This document shows positions 56,428 to 64,000 of a DNA stretch of 64,000 nucleotides, piece by piece (position 1 is the stretch's first letter; each line of letters begins with the position of its first letter). The position numbers and the translations under genes are program-made. The notes beneath the pieces are model-generated. The model saw only the letters and a program-made list of their open reading frames with translations. It searched no databases and had not been told where the DNA came from. The stretch comes from a virus. Its lineage: Duplodnaviria > Caudoviricetes. The DNA lies in the IMG/VR virus record IMGVR_UViG_2914150438_000002, positions 11,170 to 75,169 of that record; one strand, 5' to 3'.

Positions 56428-59406
56428 ATGACTCACTTTAACCACAGGGAAATCAAGTTGGAGGAGGCCATTGAGGCGTATTTGTGCTCGCCCGAGGGCG
56501 GATTCATTAAGGGAAGCGACAAGAATTTTAACGCCCGCTTGGCGTTGGATACCCAAACTTTGCTTTCATTTGTAAAATCTACCCAGCCCAAGGCTTGGGA
56601 GCGCTATCAGGTAATTTATGGTTCCGACTGCGAGCGCAGATTCATAAAGCGCTTTTGCGAAGAGGTTGAAGCCGACGGCCTAATTCAGGTTTTGCGCCAC
56701 GGTATAAAAGATAGGGGCGTAAATTTTATGGTAGCGTATTTTGCGCCTGAAACCTCCATAAATCCGGACCTTGCGGTGCGCTATAAGAGCAACATTTTGC
56801 ACTGCGTGCGCCAATTCCATTATTCGCCCAGCGATACGCAAAATACGATAGATATAGTTTTACTCCTAAACGGAATACCCATTGCAGCTCTTGAGCTGAA
56901 AGACGAATTTTCAGGCCAAAACGTCGATGACGCCATATACCAGTACAAAAAAGACCGCGACCCGCGCGACCCCATTTTTGCCTTCAATCAGCGCCTGCTT
57001 GTGTATTTTGCGCTCGATTTGGCGCAGGTATTTATGACAACTCAACTTGCCGGCGCCGCAACCTACTTTCTGCCCTTTAACCAAGGCTCAAACGGCGCGG
57101 GTGAAGTCGGCGGCAAGGGAAACCCTCCCAATCCCGACAACTTTATGACTGCCTATCTCTGGGAAAATGTACTCCGCAAAGATAGGCTAATGGAAATTCT
57201 ACAGAAATACATTCACCTTGATGTAAAAAAAGACGGCAGAAAATCCATAATATTCCCGCGCTACCACCAGCTTGACGTAGTCACAAAACTTTTGGCCGAC
57301 GTAAAGGCAAATGGAACCGGCAAAAACTACCTCATTCAGCACAGCGCGGGCAGCGGGAAGTCTAATTCCATAGCCTGGCTTGCGCACCGCCTTTCGGGGC
57401 TTCACGACGCAAACGACAAAAAAATATTCAACTCTGTAATTGTCGTTACGGACCGTAAGGTATTGGACTCGCAGTTGCAGGATACGGTTTATCAGTTCGA
57501 CCATGTCCGCGGGGTCGTTAAAAAAGTCGAAAAAAATTCCAAGGAGCTGTTGCAAGCTATAAACGATAGAATCCCGATAATTATAACAACCCTTCAAAAG
57601 TTCCCTGTGATATTCGAGCAAATTAAGGCGGGCGGGCGGCGATTTGCAATAATCTGCGACGAAGCCCATTCCTCCCAAACGGGCGAGGCCGCAAAAAAGC
57701 TCAAATTCGCCCTCGCCGACATGGGAAAGGAGCTTGAAGAGGCGGCAAAAATTGCAAGCCAAGACGAGAACGCAAAGCCGGATTATCAGGATAAAATAGT
57801 TCAGGAGTTGGCCTCGCACGGGACCCATAAAAATATGTCGTTTTTTGCTTTTACCGCCACTCCAAAGGGCAAAACTTTGCAAATGTTTGGCACTAAAATG
57901 CCCGACGGTACCTACCGCGCGCTCCACATTTACTCTATGCGCCAGGCCATAGAGGAAGGCTTTATATTGGACGTATTAAAAAACTATACGACATACAAAA
58001 CCTACTATAAAATTGCCAAAAGCGAAGAAAACGACCCCGAATTCAACAAGCGCAAAGCATCGCGGGCAGTCCGCCAATTTGAGTCGCTGCACCCGCACAA
58101 TATATCGCAAAAGACGGCGATTATGTTGGAGCATGTCCGCGATATAACCTCGAAAAAAATAGGCGGGCACGCAAAGGCAATGGTAGTTACCGCCTCCCGC
58201 CTGCACGCGATACGCTATTTCAAAGAGTTCAAAAATTTTATAAGGGACAATGGCTATAAGAATTTAGACGTGCTTGTTGCATTCTCCGGAGAGCTTGTCG
58301 ACGGAGAAGTCTCTTACACTGAGGAAAAGTGCAACAAGACAAAAAGCGGCGAAACCATAAAAGAAAACCAATTAAAAGAGTATTTTAAGAGCGACGACTT
58401 CAATATTCTAATTGTCGCGGAAAAATACCAGACGGGCTTTGATGAGCCCTTGCTGCATACAATGTTTGTCGATAAGCGCCTAACGGGCGTCAAGGCCGTG
58501 CAAACGCTCTCGCGCCTAAACCGAACATGCAAAGGCAAAACCGATACCTTTGTGCTGGACTTTGTAAATAGCCCCGAAGACATAAAGGAGGCCTTTCAGC
58601 CCTTTTATCAAGCTACCGTTTTGCAAGAGGAAACGGACCCCAACCGAATATATGACCTAAAAAAGTATCTCGATAAATCGGCGGTATATACGCAAGAACA
58701 GATAGACAATGTCGCGGACATCTACTTTAAAAGCGGAGAACAGGACAAAAATGCCATCGGCAAAATGCGGTCAATTCTCGATAGTTCCGTGAAAACTTAT
58801 TCCGATTTAAAAAGAGAAGATCAGGACAAATTTTTGTCGGCATTGGAGTCCTTCGTAAGTTTCTACGGTTTCATAACTCAAATATGCAGGATGTATGACA
58901 AGGACTTGCTTAAATTTGCCATATTTGCAAAGTTCCTCCTGAAAGTAATCCCGCGAGACAAAAGTGAAAAAGTCCATTTGGACGACATGATACTTTTAGA
59001 ATACTACAAAAACGAAAAGAAGTATGACGGAAGCATAGCGCTCGATGAGTCCGACGGGAAAGTCGCACCAATGACAGGTAAAGGGAAAAAATCCGAACCT
59101 AAGCGAGACAAGCTGTCCGTGATTGTCGACGATATAAACAAACAATTCGGAACCAACTTCACCGAGATGGATAAGGTCTTAAAACAGATAGAAAACGACC
59201 TTATAAACGATCCGGAACTTCAAAAATTTGCAAAGAGCGACAGAGAGACTATCCGCATCGTTTACGATAAATTATTCCCGTCAATACTTGCAAATCGCTA
59301 CGCCACAAATGAGGACTTCTTCTCAAAAATGTGTAGCGACAAGAAGTTTATGAGCGATGTAATGGCAAGACTATTCCCCATAGTCTTACAAAGGTTGGGC
59401 AAATAA
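56428..59406 (+). CDS. hsdR: Type I R-M restriction subunit
   Basis: IDIVLLLNGIPIAALELK (nuclease), QHSAGSGKS, DEAHSSQ, FTATP, QTGFD, QTLSRLNR. Confidence 0.95.
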   Translation: MTHFNHREIKLEEAIEAYLCSPEGGFIKGSDKNFNARLALDTQTLLSFVKSTQPKAWERYQVIYGSDCERRFIKRFCEEVEADGLIQVLRHGIKDRGVNFMVAYFAPETSINPDLAVRYKSNILHCVRQFHYSPSDTQNTIDIVLLLNGIPIAALELKDEFSGQNVDDAIYQYKKDRDPRDPIFAFNQRLLVYFALDLAQVFMTTQLAGAATYFLPFNQGSNGAGEVGGKGNPPNPDNFMTAYLWENVLRKDRLMEILQKYIHLDVKKDGRKSIIFPRYHQLDVVTKLLADVKANGTGKNYLIQHSAGSGKSNSIAWLAHRLSGLHDANDKKIFNSVIVVTDRKVLDSQLQDTVYQFDHVRGVVKKVEKNSKELLQAINDRIPIIITTLQKFPVIFEQIKAGGRRFAIICDEAHSSQTGEAAKKLKFALADMGKELEEAAKIASQDENAKPDYQDKIVQELASHGTHKNMSFFAFTATPKGKTLQMFGTKMPDGTYRALHIYSMRQAIEEGFILDVLKNYTTYKTYYKIAKSEENDPEFNKRKASRAVRQFESLHPHNISQKTAIMLEHVRDITSKKIGGHAKAMVVTASRLHAIRYFKEFKNFIRDNGYKNLDVLVAFSGELVDGEVSYTEEKCNKTKSGETIKENQLKEYFKSDDFNILIVAEKYQTGFDEPLLHTMFVDKRLTGVKAVQTLSRLNRTCKGKTDTFVLDFVNSPEDIKEAFQPFYQATVLQEETDPNRIYDLKKYLDKSAVYTQEQIDNVADIYFKSGEQDKNAIGKMRSILDSSVKTYSDLKREDQDKFLSALESFVSFYGFITQICRMYDKDLLKFAIFAKFLLKVIPRDKSEKVHLDDMILLEYYKNEKKYDGSIALDESDGKVAPMTGKGKKSEPKRDKLSVIVDDINKQFGTNFTEMDKVLKQIENDLINDPELQKFAKSDRETIRIVYDKLFPSILANRYATNEDFFSKMCSDKKFMSDVMARLFPIVLQRLGK

Positions 59407-59522
59407 TTGCCTATTGCTGTTGTGGGTTTGCAAAGTTATATCGGCAAAAATATCGGCATATTTTTTGGGTTTTATACTTTACTTATGTAAATTACTTGCG
59501 ATAATACAATAAGTTAAACTTT

Positions 59523-60710
59523 ATGACAATCGGCAAAAACATCGGCAAAGTTATTCCAATGAAGGTTTCAAGTATGGAACCTATGATGCCGCGCATTACG
59601 CCTGAACTTATCTCGCTTTCAGGCGCTATTAGAGAAAGAATCGGCGGATTAAAGGAAAAACTTCATCCGATTACGGCAAAAGCTGTCTCGGCAGTCGTCG
59701 CCGACATGAACAGCTACTATTCAAATTTAATCGAAGGACATCATACATACCCGAAAGACATAGAACGCGCCTTGCAAAACGATTTTTCCTCGAATCTGCA
59801 AGAGCGGGACAAGCAACTTTTAGGTCTTGCCCATGTAAAGACCGAAAACGCCATATTAAGTTACGCAACGGAAGAAAATATATTTACTCCCGGAACATTG
59901 CTCAAAATCCATGAGACTTTTTATGCAAATTTGCCGGAATCGATGCGACTCTCAAAATCGCAAAGCGGCAAAGAATATCAAATCATTCCCGGAAAATTCC
60001 GAAATTTTGAAGTTGCCGTGGGCGCTCATCAACCCCCAGCCTCAAAAAGTTTAGAGAAGTTCATCGCAAGGTTCTGCGAGGCTTATAAAAATATCCCAAT
60101 AGGCGAAATTCTGATTGCCGCCGCGGCATCTCATCACAGGTTGGCGTGGATTCATCCTTTTGGAGACGGTAACGGTAGGGTTGTGCGCATATTTACAAGC
60201 TCTCTACTCAAGGCATACGGACTAAACGGAGGCGGAATATGGTCTATTTCCCGCGGGCTTGCAAGAAACCGCAGTCAGTATTACGCAAAGCTTGCAATCG
60301 CCGATCAGGATAGACAAGGCGATCTTGACGGACGAGGCACTCTTAGCGAGCGAAGCCTGATTAAATTTTGCGAATTTTTCCTTTCCACAATGCTTGATCA
60401 AATGGACTTCATGCTTGGCGTCCTGAAATTGGATTCCGTAATAAGCCGATATGCCCGCTTAATGCATGAGGTATTCCCAAAGAAATCGGAACTTTGCCTT
60501 CGCATTATAAAAGAGCTTTGGACTTTTGGAGAAACGCCCCGCGGGAAGATATGCGAAATAACTGGTATGTCCGAAAGGGCTTCGCGCGCAATTTTATCCG
60601 AACTTGAATCCAAGGGTTTTGTAAAAAGCGATTCTCTTAAAACGCCCGTTCATATAAATATTTCCGCTGATATATCCGAACAAATCTTCCCCAATCTTTT
60701 CATAGGTTAA
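59523..60710 (+). CDS. Fic-domain protein
   Basis: Canonical HPFGDGNGRVVR motif; C-terminal HTH-like segment. Confidence 0.9.
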   Translation: MTIGKNIGKVIPMKVSSMEPMMPRITPELISLSGAIRERIGGLKEKLHPITAKAVSAVVADMNSYYSNLIEGHHTYPKDIERALQNDFSSNLQERDKQLLGLAHVKTENAILSYATEENIFTPGTLLKIHETFYANLPESMRLSKSQSGKEYQIIPGKFRNFEVAVGAHQPPASKSLEKFIARFCEAYKNIPIGEILIAAAASHHRLAWIHPFGDGNGRVVRIFTSSLLKAYGLNGGGIWSISRGLARNRSQYYAKLAIADQDRQGDLDGRGTLSERSLIKFCEFFLSTMLDQMDFMLGVLKLDSVISRYARLMHEVFPKKSELCLRIIKELWTFGETPRGKICEITGMSERASRAILSELESKGFVKSDSLKTPVHINISADISEQIFPNLFIG

Positions 60711-61066
60711 AATTTGGATTTTAGTCTTATGCTTGCAGATGCATTGACTAATTTTTTATGAATGGATTTTCTGAAAGATTCTCCAAAAATAGATTATAAC
60801 TAAATACTAAGCAAATAGCGACAGCATTTTTAAATTACTGATATAAAAATATTAGGGCTTATTGTTTCCCTTGTAATAGTACGATTGCACTATCCCTTTA
60901 AGAATAATATCCCTGTTATTGACATCGCTTGTAAGGTTTTCTCATTCCCGCTAAGATATTAATAACTTCAGAACGTAAAACAGCTACGCTCATGTTACTA
61001 GCTCTCCATCATGACAAGCTATTTTCTGAGCAGTAAACAAAATTTATTGCTAAATTATAAAATAAA

Positions 61067-61096
61067 ACAACCACTTTTACGAAGATAAGTGGTTGT
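61067..61096 (-). terminator. Terminator downstream of the repeat-protein gene
   Basis: ACAACCACTT-N10-AAGTGGTTGT perfect inverted repeat; T-rich tail on the minus strand. Confidence 0.7.
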
Positions 61097-61133
61097 GAGC
61101 CTATTAAATAAAATAACGACTTAGATTAAGAAT

Positions 61134-62449
61134 TTATTTAACGTATCTTTCTTTAATAGATTCGGGAATTATATATTCAAATATTTTCCAGTCAGCAGGT
61201 GAAAATTCATCATAAATAGTATCTGGACAATTATTCACAAACTGCGGTTGTCTTCTTATGAGCGGCTCCCAGTTCAAAACATCAAATTCCTCCCACTTAT
61301 CGAACTTGTCTGCAAATTGTGGTTGTTCACTTAGGAGGCGGCTCCAATCCCAAGTATCAAATTTTTCCCACTTATCACACTTGTCCGCAAATTGTGGCTG
61401 TTTACTTAAGAGCCAGCTCCAATTCTCAGTATTAAATTCTTCCCACTTGTCGCATTCTGATGCAAGCCCTAGATTCTTCTTCAATAGAGCAAGCCAGCCT
61501 GCTGCATACTCCTTTGATTTTTCTAGAAACTGCGGTTGTTGTACTATGAGCCGTCGCCAGTCTATATCGTCAAATTTCTCCCATTTGTCACACTTATCTG
61601 CAAATTGTGGTTGTTCACTTAGGAGACAGCTCCAATCCCAAGTATCAAATTTTTCCCACTTATCACACTTGTCCGCAAATTGTGGTTGTTTACTTAGGAG
61701 ACAGCTCCAACCCGAAGTATAAAATTCTTTCCACTTGCCACATTCAGATGCAAGCTCTGGATTCTTCATCAATAGAGCTACCCAACCTGCCGCATACTCT
61801 TTTGCTTTTTCTAGAAACTGCGGTTGTTGTTCTATGAGCGATTCCCAGTCCGAAACGAGAAATTCATCCCACTTGTCACACTTATCCGCAAATTGTGGTT
61901 GTTCAATTAAGAGAGGACTCCAACTCCAAACCCCAATATAAAATTTCTCCCACTTGTCGCACTTGTCCGCAAATTGTGGTTGTTTACTTAGGAGACAGCT
62001 CCAATCCCAGGTATAAAATTCCTCCCACTTGTCGCATTCTGGTGCAAGCTCTGGATTCTTCATCAATAGAGCTACCCAACCTGCCGCATACTCTTTTGCT
62101 TTTTCTAGAAACTGCGGTTGTTGTACTATGAGCCGTCGCCAGTCTATATCGTCAAATTTCTCCCATTTGTCACACTTGTCTGCAAATTGTGGTTGTTCAC
62201 TTAAAAGACGGCTCCAATCCACAGTATTAAATTCTTCCCACTTGTCGCATTTAGAAGCAAGCTCTGGCTTTTCTATCAATAGAGCAAGCCATCCGTTTTT
62301 ATATTCTTTTGCTTTTTTTCAAACTGAGGTTGCTCGCACAATATATCTTCCCAATCATCGGTAGAAAATGCTTCCCATCCATTAAAATTTTCAATCGAAT
62401 CATTTTGCGTTGGATTCAAGAATGTTTCTTTGAATTCTTTGTATTTCAT
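61134..62449 (-). CDS. Trp-rich tandem-repeat protein split by a one-base frameshift (A7 run)
   Basis: Eleven ~25-aa CDKWxxF...W..LL..QPQFADK units plus four 21-aa linkers. ATG at 62449 joins the main frame only with a -1 shift at A_AAA_AAG (62318-62312). Confidence 0.75.
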
Positions 62450-62614
62450 AATTATACTATCAGTAGTTATTCCCTATATTTATATTAAAACCCGCAATTG
62501 TGAATGACTTCAAATACTGGGTTGGTTTCCCGCAGAAGTAAGGATATGCCAAGAGGTATTTTGAGATTTCCCCCTCAAAACCATAAATGCATCTGTTGTT
62601 AGATTTAGTCGAGA

Positions 62615-64000
62615 TTAGGCGCTTAATAATGCGACTCTCAATTTTGCAATTTCAAAGGCGATTTTTGCGCAGCCTAAGGCGTGAGATTTGCTAAAGGCCG
62701 TAGTTATAGATTTCTCCAAATATTTTAGGATTTCTTCGGCCGCTTCTCTTTCTAATCGCAAATTATCAATTATTGCGCCTAAAATTTCTTCATTAAGAGC
62801 CGAATCGCATTCTTTCTTTTTCAAAGCGTTTCGCCACTTGCCTAAGGTTAAACAATCGCAAGCAGTTAATTTGTGTGCCGCTCCAATCCATTGTTCTTGG
62901 AAAACAAGAACGCCGTATGTTTCCTTTGTAATCTCGCTAATGATGGGGTGTATTTTCCTTACGCCATCTGGATTTATTTTATTTGCAATAAGTTCATCGA
63001 GCAAATCGCAACACCCCGGCCGATTGTAAGCAATTATAGCGGCCAGTTCTAACAACGAATTTGGCTTTAATTTTTTGGCATATTCTTTAGCCGACTTATA
63101 TTGAAAATATGGTATTCCAAAGAAGTTTTTATCGGGATTTTCAAAAAATTTGAATACATCAGAATCGCTTGGATCCTTAGTAGCATCTATCATTTCTGAT
63201 AACTCGCGCGCGATATCCTCAAACTCGTTGGCTGACGCTCCAATAATCATTGCGCCACTTTCCTCGGCCTGAGTCCTAAAGTCTTTTGCTTGAAAATCAG
63301 GAAGCGGATAATTCCCGATAGCTATTATTCCTCCGCCATTGTGGAAGACATTGGGGTATTTTTTATATAAGTAATCCTCAACAAGATAAGGCTCTTCAGA
63401 TATATGAAAAGTTGGAATATTTAAATTTTGCGCTGCCGAAAACTTATCGAAAACTAATCCGTATTTTATTGGATCAAACTCAGTAATTCCCAAAATGTAT
63501 GCGATGATACTACCGCTGGCACTCCCTCTAAAGCAACGCGCGGATAGCCCGTCTTTGCGCATGGTTTCAAGCAAATCCCAAACAATTAAAAATATATTAT
63601 CAAAGCCTGTCTTAGATAAAAAATCTATTTCATCATTGATGCGCTCTGAAATTTCCGCTTCAGTATTTGGGTAAAATTTCTGCAGATTTCGTTGTACAGA
63701 ATCTATTAGAAAATCTTTATTTGAGTTATAACCTCTTGGGAGTTTAAATTGCGGATAGTTTCGGGTGTGAGCCAAAAATGCTTCATCGACGTCAAATAAT
63801 GAAGCGTCTACCTCGCATTTTGTTTCCGCTATGCGAATGAATCCACGCCTTTCCAAATCATTCATTATTGAACAAGCTTCACCAAACCCAATCTTTATGT
63901 TTCGTTGAAGAAAACTTGTCGAAACTTTCCTCTTAAGCTTTATCAGCTTAATAGCCTTAATATAGTTATTGTATCGCGATGATTTTTGTATTTCTCTCAT
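62615..64000 (-). CDS. FtsK-gamma-like wHTH fused to a truncated, catalytically degenerate DnaE (Pol III alpha) fragment
   Basis: STSFLQRNIKIGFGEACSIMNDLERRGFI (FtsK-gamma); RGSASGSIIAYILGITEFDP, NRPG, ETYGVLVFQEQ and FSKSHA (DnaE). The ORF start is at the window edge and may extend upstream. Confidence 0.8.
   Translation of the reverse strand: MREIQKSSRYNNYIKAIKLIKLKRKVSTSFLQRNIKIGFGEACSIMNDLERRGFIRIAETKCEVDASLFDVDEAFLAHTRNYPQFKLPRGYNSNKDFLIDSVQRNLQKFYPNTEAEISERINDEIDFLSKTGFDNIFLIVWDLLETMRKDGLSARCFRGSASGSIIAYILGITEFDPIKYGLVFDKFSAAQNLNIPTFHISEEPYLVEDYLYKKYPNVFHNGGGIIAIGNYPLPDFQAKDFRTQAEESGAMIIGASANEFEDIARELSEMIDATKDPSDSDVFKFFENPDKNFFGIPYFQYKSAKEYAKKLKPNSLLELAAIIAYNRPGCCDLLDELIANKINPDGVRKIHPIISEITKETYGVLVFQEQWIGAAHKLTACDCLTLGKWRNALKKKECDSALNEEILGAIIDNLRLEREAAEEILKYLEKSITTAFSKSHALGCAKIAFEIAKLRVALLSA

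Noticed and set aside
61134-62300. Regular ~75-bp repeats resembling a CRISPR array
   Set aside because: The repeats are in-frame coding units of one protein, there are no unique spacers, and no cas genes are in the window.
283-63029. Numerous antisense and shadow ORFs in the six-frame track (e.g. 283-858, 21797-22318, 57199-57927, 61258-61722, 62688-63029)
   Set aside because: They overlap well-supported genes on the opposite strand or frame and lack motifs or ribosome-binding sites.

Overview
The window has two parts. (1) Positions ~1-38467 hold an apparently near-complete temperate siphovirus-type prophage: tyrosine integrase, replication/recombination module, lambda-type terminase (Nu1/gpA-like), portal, S49 protease, capsid, tail and holin-like genes. 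It ends at a tRNA-Ser 3'-end fragment (probable attR); the left attachment site lies outside the window. It carries a ParB/methyltransferase/HAD/CmoA-like cluster between terS and terL, two AT-rich accessory genes (GIY-YIG-like, AbiJ-like), and a tRNA-Met(CAT) interrupted in its anticodon loop. (2) Positions ~38500-64000 are an accessory island: ISL3 transposase, a second tyrosine recombinase, a pentapeptide-repeat PEP-CTERM protein, a probable integrative mobilizable element (coupling-protein-like ATPase, large serine recombinase, ColE1 MbeA-type HEN relaxase, MobC), a type I R-M system, a Fic protein, a frameshifted Trp-rich repeat protein and a catalytically dead DnaE fragment fused to an FtsK-gamma-like domain. 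The PEP-CTERM tail suggests a Verrucomicrobiota (Opitutales-like) host; this is inference. The strongest unexplained signals: (a) a ~80-bp multi-hairpin element in three copies with compensatory stem changes, inserted into a tRNA anticodon loop, in frame into a CDS, and between genes; (b) TTGACA fixed 14-16 nt upstream of 11 prophage start codons; (c) the putative DNA-modification cluster. All family assignments come from motif recognition by eye; no database searches were run.
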